This document shows positions 28,745-38,399 of a stretch of DNA of 64,000 nt, in pieces. The notes under the pieces are model-generated. The model was not told the origin of the DNA and did not search any database. It worked only from the letters and a program-made list of their open reading frames with translations. The stretch lies in the IMG/VR virus record IMGVR_UViG_3300027985_001318, positions 62,001 through 126,000 of that record. The stretch is one strand, 5' to 3'. A program made the translations under genes and the position numbers. Position 1 is the stretch's first letter; each line of letters begins with the position of its first letter.

Positions 28745-30883
28745 ATGGCCGAAGTAGAAATACCAACGACTGAAATTAGAGGCAATGAACTCAGTGTTAG
28801 ACGACTGGGTTGCGCGATTAACCTAAACCCGTGGGTTGGTAACGTAAGCTCTTCCCGCTTGCATATGTTTGCTGGCCATCTAGGTCAGATGTTAGTTGTT
28901 AGTAATCCCAGCAGACCGAAGAATCTGACCGGGGTCGAGCGGGAATACGGAAAATATGTCTGGAATCATCGTTGCCGGCAGGAGATCCGGGTAGTGCGGA
29001 TCATACCGCGCTATGGGCTTTCTGGTAATGACATGGATTCTATTTCCCATAGCCCGTCAAAGCTACTCATTTACGAGGTTGCACGCACCAAAGAAATCGG
29101 GTGTATGGAAATTACCGATAGTATCCAAAAGCACCAATACTTCGGTTATTTCCTCAAACCGAAGCCTATTTTAAACACCCTGAATGTTGGCGATATTATT
29201 CCCGAAGACACCATACTGGCCGAGTCACCTAACGTGACCGATAGCGGCGATTGGCGTTATGGTAAGGAAATGAAAGTGATCTTCATGTCCTTGCCACAAG
29301 TAATAGAAGACGGTTTTGTCGGTTGTCGTGAGGACATGGCTCACTTTAAACATTGGCGGTTCTTTACCGTTGTAGGTTCTGCCGACGGCCTCTGGGTTCC
29401 GCTAAACCTCTACGGAACTATCGATAACTACAAACCATCTCCAGATATCGGCGAACCAATTCGCGAAGACGGTTTGATCTTTGCTTTGCGTAAATGGGAT
29501 CCGGATATGGCGTTCGTAAAACTGACGCCGAAAGCGCTGATGAAATTCGATCATGCTTTTGACAAAGGCATCTATGGTAAACCAGGTGCTGTAGTAACCA
29601 ACATGGATATTTGGTGGGGAGGTGAGAACCGCCACTGGCAAGATCGACTGCCGGTGGGTATGGAAAAGCAGTTCATGAAATACGAGCAACGTAATCGTTG
29701 GTACGCTAAGACGATTTACGACACGTACATGGACCTTAACCGTAAAGCCGGCGGAGAACTCAATGTAACACCTGAGTTCAATCGTTTGGTTTACGAATGC
29801 GAGATGCGCCTCAAGATCAATAAGCGACGCATCAACTATACCTACAAGCGGAGTAGCGTGGCTGATTGGCGGGTAGCTATTAGTTACGCGTATCTGCGCG
29901 AACCTACCATCGGTGATAAGTTCACTGGTCCTAATGGTGATAAGGGCGTAATTGTCGATCTTTGGCCAGCAGCCGATATGCCGGTCGATACTTTCGGTCA
30001 GCGAGCTAGTTTCATTCTTGATGGTGACTCCACCATCAAGCGTATGAATCCAGCCAGACTCTATACCCAGTACGTAAACGCCAGTACTTGGCACGTACAG
30101 CGTAAAGTGATCGAATTGATGTCACAGGGCATGTCTGTCGAAGCCTGGGAATGGCTAAAGAACTACTGGGAATTGGCTTACCCGGAACATTGGGTGCTGA
30201 TACAGAGTTTCATTGCTAAGTTTCAAAACCCGCAAGATGGTATAAACGTCTGCTTACAAGCAGCTTGCGAACTCGATGAGGAAAATGGTGAGTTTCTCTC
30301 CCATTACCTACCACCGGATTCGGAAGTAATTGGAATCGAGCAGATACGCCGTATCAAAAACAGCCCTTATCGGCCACCAGCAACTCCTGTAGTTTTCCGA
30401 GGACGATCTGGATTAATGCGACGTACCAAAAATCTCTTCATTATTGGCACCATCTACATGCTATTGCTCGAGAAAGTTGCTGACGATGCCTGGTCGTCTG
30501 TGTCTTCACCAAAGACTCAACATCTAGGAATCCCGGCAAAACAATCGAGGATCGATAAGCTCGGAGATCCAGGTAATAACACCCCGGTCAGAATACTTGG
30601 CGAGGACGAAGTTCGTCTATTCACTAATACCCTGTATAGCGATGAGCAAACCGGTGGGGAGGTTATGGCTGAATTGCTAGATATCACCAACAACCCGCAG
30701 TCTCATCGTTTCGCCATGCGAAGAATCATGACCGTAGATAACCCAGCTGTTATCGAAGACAACTTGGTAGATAGAGAACAGATAGCATTGGGTGGTAATC
30801 GCCCAGTCGGCTACTCCAAACACCTAGTTGGCTGTATGGGTGCCAAATTCACTCGTCATCGTTACACCATAAAGCGGAGGTAG
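28745..30883 (+). CDS. nvRNAP beta subunit (gp71-73-like), intron-less
   Basis: SSSR..M, IEDG, GDKFTGPNGDKG, RMN..R.Y.Q, R..GE.E.R. Confidence 0.9.
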   Translation: MAEVEIPTTEIRGNELSVRRLGCAINLNPWVGNVSSSRLHMFAGHLGQMLVVSNPSRPKNLTGVEREYGKYVWNHRCRQEIRVVRIIPRYGLSGNDMDSISHSPSKLLIYEVARTKEIGCMEITDSIQKHQYFGYFLKPKPILNTLNVGDIIPEDTILAESPNVTDSGDWRYGKEMKVIFMSLPQVIEDGFVGCREDMAHFKHWRFFTVVGSADGLWVPLNLYGTIDNYKPSPDIGEPIREDGLIFALRKWDPDMAFVKLTPKALMKFDHAFDKGIYGKPGAVVTNMDIWWGGENRHWQDRLPVGMEKQFMKYEQRNRWYAKTIYDTYMDLNRKAGGELNVTPEFNRLVYECEMRLKINKRRINYTYKRSSVADWRVAISYAYLREPTIGDKFTGPNGDKGVIVDLWPAADMPVDTFGQRASFILDGDSTIKRMNPARLYTQYVNASTWHVQRKVIELMSQGMSVEAWEWLKNYWELAYPEHWVLIQSFIAKFQNPQDGINVCLQAACELDEENGEFLSHYLPPDSEVIGIEQIRRIKNSPYRPPATPVVFRGRSGLMRRTKNLFIIGTIYMLLLEKVADDAWSSVSSPKTQHLGIPAKQSRIDKLGDPGNNTPVRILGEDEVRLFTNTLYSDEQTGGEVMAELLDITNNPQSHRFAMRRIMTVDNPAVIEDNLVDREQIALGGNRPVGYSKHLVGCMGAKFTRHRYTIKRR

Positions 30884-30890
30884 TTCGTTG

Positions 30891-32870
30891 ATGTTAAGAA
30901 TAAGAGCTCGAGACATCGTGAAGATGGAAAGCGACCAAGTATGGTCGCTTCCAGACTCCGTGATTGAGGTTGAGTTTGATGACGGTGTGTTGGAAACTAC
31001 CGGTAAGGCAACTAAACTGAGTTGGTATTTCTGGCCGTTCTTTCGGTTGGATGAAGAAGTGCCGATGTGCATGCACCACCATATCGGTCGTGGGCATTTC
31101 ACCAAAGATACCCAACTTAAGTTACTGGGACGCTGCCTGTTTGACGTATATCTTCATCGGATGCGTGTACATCAAGCAGCTCCAGTAAAACACATCGAGT
31201 TCTTCACGATGATGGCGATGGAGTCAATCAATCGACTCTATAACGAACTGACTTATCGATTGGAGGAATACGTTACCGGACTGTCGGCCGAGGATTATCT
31301 GGAAGTTATCGACAACCCGCGAATCAAAGCAAACAATGCCCAGATTCGTGCTAACTACGAATCTCTCGAAGCAGCCTACAAGGCTAACGAGAAGGTTCTT
31401 CGTGATGTGACCGAGTTCCCGAATAACCGATTAGCCCTGTTCGTAAGAACAGGGATTGGTTCCGTTGGGCAGGTTAACCAGAACATCACAGCTATCGGCT
31501 ACCGTACAGCTGCCAACTCTAAGATGTTCCCTTACCCGCTACTGGAAAACTTCGGTGAAGGCGTTAACAGCGCCTATGGTCATTTGACCGAGTCCCGTTC
31601 TGCATCGAAAGCAGTGCTTTACACCCACAGCCCTTTGCAGAAAACCCAGTACTACAACCGTGAAATGCAGTTGATGGCGTGTTCGGTAACGAACCTCCAT
31701 CATTTCACGGACTGTGGGACGAAACGTACCATCGATTATCCTATTCGACATAGCAAAGATCTTGCGGTGCTGGATGGTAAATGGATGGTAAAAGACGACA
31801 GCAAGTTAGAACTGATCAGGTCTGACAGCTACCATCTCATCGGGACCACTGTTAAGTATCGCAGCGTCATCCAATGCGAACATCCTGATCCAACTGGATG
31901 CTGTTCGGTTTGTTATGGTGAGATAGCCCACTCTGTTCCAGATCACACAAACATCGGGAATATTTCAGTGGTGGAGATTTGCGAACGTATCTCGCAGATC
32001 GTACTGTCGACCAAACACCTGGACCAAAATGCCAAACTGGAAGAATTCGAGTTCCAAGGCATTGAAACCAAGTACATGACTATCCATGGCGTTGATTCAA
32101 AGATCCGGATTAAACCCTGGGTTTGCGAACACAATCCCAAGCTACGTCTGTTCGCACAGTCTCTACCGAACCTCGCATTGCTCGGGTTGATGGATGATAT
32201 CAGCACCCTCGATCCAGATAGCATTGGTGAGTTAGTATCGGTAACCATAGTGCACGACATTCGTGACGGCACGACGGCTGTTCCGATCTCGGTAAGTATG
32301 GGTTCTCGCCGAGCAGTGATGACCCACGAGCTGATGCGTTACTTGCAAGCTGTCCCAGGTAAAATGATCTCCAAGACCGAGTATGAGATAGAACTTGCCG
32401 GCTGGGATCATAGCAAACCGTTACTGCAACTGCCAAATAAACATCGCAACATGTTGGAGTACAAAAACTCAGTTGAGAACTTTATCAAAGCTCACAACGA
32501 GTTTGGTAGACGGTTGAACAAACAACTCAGTGACCAGGACATCTCCGATGTTTTGTTGGAGTTCGTTGACATAGTTGGTGCTAAACTGACCATCAACATT
32601 GTTCATTTGGAAACTGCTTTGTATGGGACCATGATTCGCTGCTCGGAAACCGAGGACTATCGGTTACCGAAACCTAATACTCCACGAGAGTTTGGTAAGT
32701 ACGCAGATATCATGGCTCGACGTAGTTTGGCTCCGGCTATGGCATACCAAGGTCATCGCCGAGTGCTTTACGATATCGAGAGTTTCATGTCTACCGAAAG
32801 ACCAGCTACACCAATGGATGAGATCATGGCGGTCGGCATTGACGACAATGCTTTCCAGTATTGGGAATAA
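30891..32870 (+). CDS. nvRNAP beta'-C subunit (gp74-like)
   Basis: ESRSASKA, DCGT, RSV..C.H....GCCSVCYG, LSTKH, RS......YQ. Confidence 0.9.
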   Translation: MLRIRARDIVKMESDQVWSLPDSVIEVEFDDGVLETTGKATKLSWYFWPFFRLDEEVPMCMHHHIGRGHFTKDTQLKLLGRCLFDVYLHRMRVHQAAPVKHIEFFTMMAMESINRLYNELTYRLEEYVTGLSAEDYLEVIDNPRIKANNAQIRANYESLEAAYKANEKVLRDVTEFPNNRLALFVRTGIGSVGQVNQNITAIGYRTAANSKMFPYPLLENFGEGVNSAYGHLTESRSASKAVLYTHSPLQKTQYYNREMQLMACSVTNLHHFTDCGTKRTIDYPIRHSKDLAVLDGKWMVKDDSKLELIRSDSYHLIGTTVKYRSVIQCEHPDPTGCCSVCYGEIAHSVPDHTNIGNISVVEICERISQIVLSTKHLDQNAKLEEFEFQGIETKYMTIHGVDSKIRIKPWVCEHNPKLRLFAQSLPNLALLGLMDDISTLDPDSIGELVSVTIVHDIRDGTTAVPISVSMGSRRAVMTHELMRYLQAVPGKMISKTEYEIELAGWDHSKPLLQLPNKHRNMLEYKNSVENFIKAHNEFGRRLNKQLSDQDISDVLLEFVDIVGAKLTINIVHLETALYGTMIRCSETEDYRLPKPNTPREFGKYADIMARRSLAPAMAYQGHRRVLYDIESFMSTERPATPMDEIMAVGIDDNAFQYWE

Positions 32871-32872
32871 GG

Positions 32873-32908
32873 AAAAGGAGGGCTTTCGCCCTCCTTTTAT
32901 TTTTATTT
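32873..32908 (+). terminator. intrinsic terminator
   Basis: GGAGGGC-TTTC-GCCCTCC plus T tract. Confidence 0.8.
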
Positions 32909-32938
32909 AGCGTGACCTTTTATGAGACGTAGCTTCAT

Positions 32939-34456
32939 TTGAGGTGTGATGTGAAAAAAGCACATATCGATATCTTCAGTCACAATTTTAGACTTTCTAA
33001 ATTTGATCGGGATTTCTATATCTTGATACTGGAGTTCTGTAGACCGTTAATGCAACTTGAAATGGGAGGTGGTGGGATCAAATGCGTTTTTGCTGCCTCT
33101 ACGGCGGCTAGAGATGAATTTCGCATCCATCGTAATCTCCTTGATAAGTTTTATAGCTTCATGGAATATCGGGGGATTAAGAAAGAACAATTTGAAATCA
33201 AAGAACACACACTACCGGAATTCATTCCGTTAGACCTGGCCATAAAGGAAGGACTTAAAGCCAGAGACTACCAAGAACCGATTATCGATTTCATTAATGA
33301 AAAAGATAAACCCATCCGAGTAATCACTATCCAAACAGGCCGTGGTAAAACTTTGATAGCGATTATGGGTATGGTTAGGTGGAATCAGCGCGTGCTAATC
33401 ACAGTGCCGGCTAAGTTTACCGATAAGTGGTATTCTGACGTAACTGACAACACGGATGCTACTGTAGAAGATATCCTTTACATTAAGAAAGCGAAGGACT
33501 TCTACGCTCTGCTCAGAAACGCTAAAGCTGGTTATGAAATCAAACAGAAAGTTATTATCATTAGCAATAGCTTGATGCAGATCTTCCTGAGCGATTTCGA
33601 AAAGAACCCATCGTTAACTATCGAGATGGCTTGCCATCCGGAAGAAATGTACGATGTATTGAAAATCGGTTATCGTATCATCGATGAAGTCCATACGCCG
33701 GCTCATTTGAACTTCAAGATAGATCTTTATACCAACCTGAGTAAGGCGGTGTACCTGACAGCCACTATGGACTCCAGGGAGCCATTCCTTACCAGAATGC
33801 GGCAGATAGCCTACCCTATTGACGATCGTTACCAGGGATTGGCTTATGACCAATACATCGAAGTACGTGCGTACGAGTATGCTCTAAGAGCTCCACGTAA
33901 GGCGAGATTCAAGAATCGCAAAGGGCATTACAATCACATCGTATACGAACAGTACCTGATGAAAAACAGGCAGATGTTGGATAGTTATCTTGCAATGATT
34001 ATCGACCTGCTAGCTGGGGAATTTTACAGCATCAGAGAAGCTGGACAGAAAGCGATAGTGTTTGCTGCGAGCGTGGAGTTCTGCGTCATTCTTAGCAATG
34101 CAATAAAAGCGAAATGGCCACATCTAGCTGTAGCTAAGTACGTCAGTGAAGACGACTACCAAGTTCTTCACAGTAACGATATCGTTGTCTCCACAGTGCT
34201 CTCAGCTGGTACTGGGGTCGATATCGAAGGTCTGACCTATAACCTAATGACTACCTCGGTGGATTCGCCACAGTCTAACGAGCAAACCATGGGTCGTTTG
34301 AGAAGACTTAAACGATGGCCTGACCATACCCCAGTTTTTGGTTACCTCTACACCGGAGACATACCAAAGCAGTTCAAGTATCACCAGAACAAGCTGGAGT
34401 TCTTTAAGGGCCGTGCAAAGCTACATCGTACAATGATGACTGGCGCAATCATCTAA
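32939..34456 (+). CDS. superfamily 2 helicase (gp75-like)
   Basis: RDYQ, QTGRGKT, DEVH, TAT, GTGVDI, QTMGRLR; exact start uncertain. Confidence 0.9.
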   Translation: MRCDVKKAHIDIFSHNFRLSKFDRDFYILILEFCRPLMQLEMGGGGIKCVFAASTAARDEFRIHRNLLDKFYSFMEYRGIKKEQFEIKEHTLPEFIPLDLAIKEGLKARDYQEPIIDFINEKDKPIRVITIQTGRGKTLIAIMGMVRWNQRVLITVPAKFTDKWYSDVTDNTDATVEDILYIKKAKDFYALLRNAKAGYEIKQKVIIISNSLMQIFLSDFEKNPSLTIEMACHPEEMYDVLKIGYRIIDEVHTPAHLNFKIDLYTNLSKAVYLTATMDSREPFLTRMRQIAYPIDDRYQGLAYDQYIEVRAYEYALRAPRKARFKNRKGHYNHIVYEQYLMKNRQMLDSYLAMIIDLLAGEFYSIREAGQKAIVFAASVEFCVILSNAIKAKWPHLAVAKYVSEDDYQVLHSNDIVVSTVLSAGTGVDIEGLTYNLMTTSVDSPQSNEQTMGRLRRLKRWPDHTPVFGYLYTGDIPKQFKYHQNKLEFFKGRAKLHRTMMTGAII

Positions 34457-34483
34457 AAAGAAAGGCTTCGGCCTTTCTTTTTT
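34455..34483 (+). terminator. intrinsic terminator
   Basis: AGAAAGGC-TTCG-GCCTTTCT plus T tract. Confidence 0.8.
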
Positions 34484-34539
34484 CAGTAAAAAACAAATAC
34501 AAAGGATTCGTTGGGAATAGATTTCTCTACAACGAATCT

Positions 34540-34562
34540 CAGACCTATATGACCTAAGTGTG
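34540..34562 (+). promoter_or_regulatory. early promoter
   Basis: cagaccTATATGACctaagtg. Confidence 0.55.
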
Positions 34563-34621
34563 TTAAGTAATTAATTTTACTTTTCTTGTCCTCTACTACA
34601 TTTTTTAATAGGAGAAAGATT

Positions 34622-35032
34622 ATGAATTGGACTGTACACGGCGTTGTTACATTAAACGAAGAACACACGTCCCTCGCCGATGAAGTGTGTGAACATCTCC
34701 GTATCGGAGACAAAGCATACTTCATCGGCGAGCAGGACTCCTTCGGTCCAGTAACGCGTTTCTACTACTGTTCGGACTGTCATCTGGCAGAGCAAGAGCG
34801 TGAAGACGCTGAGCTAGTGTATTGTAACGACTGCGGTTGTGAAAAACCGCGGTCAGACGTCCTGGCTTGGCGTTGGTACGACTTCTACGCACCGCAGGGA
34901 GATGAACCTATCATGGTTTGTTCCGAGTGCCGAAAGAAGGCCAAACATCTTAATCGGGTGGCTAAAGATAAAGCCGATCGCGATTGGGAGTTGGGACTCG
35001 ACCAACCAGAGGAGGACGATTTTTATTACTGA
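34622..35032 (+). CDS. Zn-finger hypothetical protein
   Basis: AGGAG RBS; CEH, CSDC, CNDC, CSEC. Confidence 0.75.
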   Translation: MNWTVHGVVTLNEEHTSLADEVCEHLRIGDKAYFIGEQDSFGPVTRFYYCSDCHLAEQEREDAELVYCNDCGCEKPRSDVLAWRWYDFYAPQGDEPIMVCSECRKKAKHLNRVAKDKADRDWELGLDQPEEDDFYY

Positions 35033-35060
35033 AAGAGCTTAGGCTCTTTCTTTTTTTTTT
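35031..35060 (+). terminator. intrinsic terminator
   Basis: GAAAGAGC-TTAG-GCTCTTTC followed by T10. Confidence 0.8.
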
Positions 35061-35085
35061 GTTAAAAACCAAACCAAAAGAATTT

Positions 35086-35107
35086 CAGATATATATCCTT
35101 TAGGTGA
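35086..35107 (+). promoter_or_regulatory. early promoter (variant)
   Basis: cagataTATATCCTttaggtga. Confidence 0.5.
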
Positions 35108-35166
35108 TGAAAGGGCATAATGCCCGCCTTGTGTAAACGAACTTTTTGATTTAGAAGGAACTCCGT

Positions 35167-35391
35167 ATGAGCACCGAAGAACTTTACCGCGACAAGCATC
35201 GCGTAGAAACACTGGCAGCTCGTGCGGAGCTGTTAGCTAAACTGGCCGGTACTTCAGTTAAGCTGAGAGCAGAACTCAATGAAGTCCTGGCAAAAGCTTA
35301 CTTAATGCTCGACCGTATCGAGCAGCAGGCAGCCGGATGGCTGTTTATACCGGCGCTGTTAAAACGCCTTGAAAGCATCACCTTGGCATAA
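35167..35391 (+). CDS. hypothetical helical protein
   Basis: AAGGA RBS. Confidence 0.65.
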   Translation: MSTEELYRDKHRVETLAARAELLAKLAGTSVKLRAELNEVLAKAYLMLDRIEQQAAGWLFIPALLKRLESITLA

Positions 35392-35402
35392 GGAAACAAA
35401 AA

Positions 35403-35903
35403 ATGAAAGATACCAAAGCACCCCAACGGCAACAAACCACCGCCGGCAAGCCCAGCCGTCGCAGTGGCAGATCACAACGATCTGCCACCAAGGCAGAAGT
35501 TCCGGCAATGAGCCAAGAACAAGGGAAGGTCTTGTTCGACGCCGTCGCTAACGACAACAGCAAGGCCATCACCCTCGGCACTCCGGTGGTGGTTGATGAT
35601 CCGGTTCACCAACAACCTGCTCTGACTCAGCCTCCGTTGGAGTCTGCTGAGCTGGAAGTCCAGGCAAATGCGGTGGAGGACATCGACGCGGTGGTAGACT
35701 CCTCCTTGGAAAACAACCAAAGCATGGATCGGATCATCGAACAAGCTATCGACAACATGGCCCATGCTGGCGACAACCCTGGTGCTATCTACCATAGCAC
35801 CAAGATGCTCGAGTGCGATATGCTGCTCGAGGCCATGTGCGATTATCGTATTCGTGCCGATGCGCTGCCGAAGAAAGAACCTTGCCGTATCGGCTGGTTC
35901 TAA
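35403..35903 (+). CDS. hypothetical, largely disordered protein
   Basis: TAAGGA RBS; basic N-terminus, acidic middle; biased codons. Confidence 0.7.
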   Translation: MKDTKAPQRQQTTAGKPSRRSGRSQRSATKAEVPAMSQEQGKVLFDAVANDNSKAITLGTPVVVDDPVHQQPALTQPPLESAELEVQANAVEDIDAVVDSSLENNQSMDRIIEQAIDNMAHAGDNPGAIYHSTKMLECDMLLEAMCDYRIRADALPKKEPCRIGWF

Positions 35904-35926
35904 CTAAGGCGTAAAAAAGAAAGGGT

Positions 35927-36367
35927 TTAGTCCCTTTCTTTTTTTGTTAAAAACCAAACCCAGGTCTCAAGATCATCGCCTAGGTATTTCTCTATTAACG
36001 CCTCAACTTCATTAAAAGGCAGCCCGCCTTTCCCGCAGCCAATCGCTGGGATAGCTAAGCTCTCTATTTTTTTATCACGACAGTAAGCTGCTAGTTTCTT
36101 CAAATTGTTTTCTAGATACTCTACTTTAGAGCCCAGATAGAATTCTTTTTTTGTTGGAAAACAAACCACTTCGTCACAGACCAGTATCTGATCGACAGTA
36201 AATTGTTTGGCTAAACAGAGTTTACGATAATGTTCGTAAACTTTAGGATATTTCCATTTGAAAGCTAAAGCCAGCCCATTACCCATAACTCCCAAGGTAT
36301 TCACCGGACAAACCTTTAACTCCACGTCCGTAGTAAAGATATTTCCTCCACCTTTGTATACAATCAA
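35927..36367 (-). CDS. macrodomain ADP-ribosyl hydrolase (DarG/TARG1-like)
   Basis: GNIF, PVNT.GVMG.GLA..FK..YP, FPTK, LAIPAIGCG.GGL. Confidence 0.88.
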   Translation of the reverse strand: MIVYKGGGNIFTTDVELKVCPVNTLGVMGNGLALAFKWKYPKVYEHYRKLCLAKQFTVDQILVCDEVVCFPTKKEFYLGSKVEYLENNLKKLAAYCRDKKIESLAIPAIGCGKGGLPFNEVEALIEKYLGDDLETWVWFLTKKERD

Positions 36368-36378
36368 AGCTATCTCCT

Positions 36379-36404
36379 AAAAAGAGGAGGGCTTTCGCCC
36401 TCCT
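36379..36404 (-). terminator. intrinsic terminator
   Basis: AGGAGGGC/GCCCTCCT with U tract on the minus strand. Confidence 0.7.
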
Positions 36405-36855
36405 ATGTACTTTTGCCCTCTAATCCGCGACGGATGTTATCGGCAATAGCACCTCTCTTCTCGGCAATATCCATAGCGATAATGAACCACTCATTAACAA
36501 GCCATTTAGGGTTATAGAGTAGATCATCAAAACTTATAGAAAGCTCTTTGAAGGTAGGGGCGTATTTGGCATAACGTTTCTGTAGGTTAAAGATCGGATG
36601 GTTACCCAACACCGATTCCCTTGGCTTAGCCATAATGGGAGCCAAAGGATGGTCTGAATTGATATTACCGTAAAGACCATAGGTTTCGCGATAAGCGTCA
36701 TCCAACACCTGACGCGCCGTGGTGTTGGTAAGACCACCAGGGACTTTTTCTAGCTTCTCTAGTACGTCCTTGATCTCTATCCCTCTACCAAAGGAAGACG
36801 AACTTATATGCCGGCCCCTTCCCTCATCTTCGTTAGGCGAAGAGAGGTCAGTGTA
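36403..36855 (-). CDS. tail-chaperone 'T'-like reading frame, probably reached by -1 frameshift
   Basis: Frame of track ORF 36403..36708 stays open up to the slippery site; no ATG or clear RBS at its start. Confidence 0.6.
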   Translation of the reverse strand, partial: YTDLSSPNEDEGRGRHISSSSFGRGIEIKDVLEKLEKVPGGLTNTTARQVLDDAYRETYGLYGNINSDHPLAPIMAKPRESVLGNHPIFNLQKRYAKYAPTFKELSISFDDLLYNPKWLVNEWFIIAMDIAEKRGAIADNIRRGLEGKST

Positions 36856-38399
36856 AAAAAAACTCCGGCCGGATCCAGAGCTATCAGGTGGTCAAAACGA
36901 CCGCCTATTACCGGTTGTTTACCGTCGTAACCAGCAGCTACGCAGGAAGGACAGACGAAGTTAGGTACAGCGACCACGCCAATCGTGCAGTCGGAGATAA
37001 AAGCCTCGACTTTATCGTAGAAGTCCTTGGCGATATTTTCATCGTTAGTGAAAACACCGAGCTGATTAGCCAGATCTTCCCGATCTTCGATGTAGCCATT
37101 TTCATCGCCGTTCTCGTCCAAGAAGACAATCCGCTCAATCCAGTGGGAGTACTGCCGCATTGCGGTAGCTTGTCCTTGACTGAGGATATACTCTTCCCGT
37201 TCTTCAGGAGACATTTTCTTTTGGAAAGCCATCTCGCAACGCTGACGAATTTCCTCGACCCAAGCAATCCCTTCATTTTCGTATTGGGCGAAACTGGGGA
37301 TACGGAGATCGAAACGAATGCCGTTAGAAACGAAAGAACGGTTACCTTTCAAAGCAAATGCTTCGTGATACTCCTTGTAGATCTCAGGAGTTACCGGCGT
37401 GCCGGGGCGAGAAATGATCGAACGTTGCTTGCTGGTAAGATAACTCTTATCCATCCAAAGCATTTCGTTGATGTTAACCAACCCTTCAAAGGTAGCCATA
37501 CAGTTACCCGGCCGAGACAGGCAGGGTTGAGTGTAGAGGAAACCCTTGGGGTAGATAGCGGCAGCTACTTCAGTGAGAATCAAGTTTACATCAGGTAGCT
37601 TGATGTATTCCTTCAACAAGGCCTTGTCGGTGTAGTCGGCAACCAAATTACTACCGATAACAAAGTCCAAAATGAAGTTCATCGCTGCTGATTTGATGAA
37701 AACATCGGTAGAGGAAAACACTCGACCGGCGGTAGCGCGACCCAAGACAGACTTCATCAGAGCCATTGAAGCTTCCAGATTAATCAGATCTGCATTCAAC
37801 GGCTGTTTGATAGTCAGAGAGAAACCACTATGAATACCAGTGGCAGTAACTGGGGAACCGATGCCTAGAACGGCGGATGCCTTGGCCATGGCCTTAACAC
37901 CAGTCAAAGGCATGTTACCGGAACTACCCTCGATACGAGGTCTGGTCAGACCGATGCGACGACCTTCGTCAGAGAAGTTATTAGTCCATTCGGAACCTTC
38001 TCGGTTGAAAGGAAGGTCCGCACCTTTCTGACCAAACAGATCAGCACCCATTTCCAGAATTTCCGGCCATTTAGTTTTAAGCAGCGCAGCCAGCTCTTCC
38101 TTAGAAGATTTCTCGAGGATCTCACGGAACGGACCATTGATGGTTTCTTGATTGCCGCCAGGTACGATCAAGTGCTCCGCATCGCCGATGGGTTGTTCTT
38201 TAGGGATCTTGCAGTCCTCAGCTATTTTACCAGCCGGCAAAATAGACAGAGAAAATCCAGGATCGTCTTCTTCCCCAGATTCGGCATTGCTGTCCTGGTC
38301 CGGTTGTTCTTCGGTAGCCAGCCCCTGACTATCTACCACCGGTTCTTGATGTTCGATCTCGGCACCTTCTGGTTCTTGCTTGTCGGTTTCGTTAGACAT
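36804..38399 (-). CDS. gp77-like protein, putative tail/baseplate assembly chaperone
   Basis: Acidic N-terminus; C..C-type Zn motifs (QPC...C, CPSC); near-terminal VFF; synteny. Confidence 0.65.
   Translation of the reverse strand: MSNETDKQEPEGAEIEHQEPVVDSQGLATEEQPDQDSNAESGEEDDPGFSLSILPAGKIAEDCKIPKEQPIGDAEHLIVPGGNQETINGPFREILEKSSKEELAALLKTKWPEILEMGADLFGQKGADLPFNREGSEWTNNFSDEGRRIGLTRPRIEGSSGNMPLTGVKAMAKASAVLGIGSPVTATGIHSGFSLTIKQPLNADLINLEASMALMKSVLGRATAGRVFSSTDVFIKSAAMNFILDFVIGSNLVADYTDKALLKEYIKLPDVNLILTEVAAAIYPKGFLYTQPCLSRPGNCMATFEGLVNINEMLWMDKSYLTSKQRSIISRPGTPVTPEIYKEYHEAFALKGNRSFVSNGIRFDLRIPSFAQYENEGIAWVEEIRQRCEMAFQKKMSPEEREEYILSQGQATAMRQYSHWIERIVFLDENGDENGYIEDREDLANQLGVFTNDENIAKDFYDKVEAFISDCTIGVVAVPNFVCPSCVAAGYDGKQPVIGGRFDHLIALDPAGVFFTLTSLRLTKMREGAGI
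36822..36863 (-). promoter_or_regulatory. putative -1 ribosomal frameshift signal
   Basis: GTT TTT TTT, 7-nt spacer, hairpin CCTCTCTTCG-CCTAA-CGAAGA(T)GAGG. Confidence 0.6.

Noticed and set aside
28745-30883. Intron in nvRNAP beta as in phiKZ gp71-73
   Set aside because: ORF is continuous through all motifs
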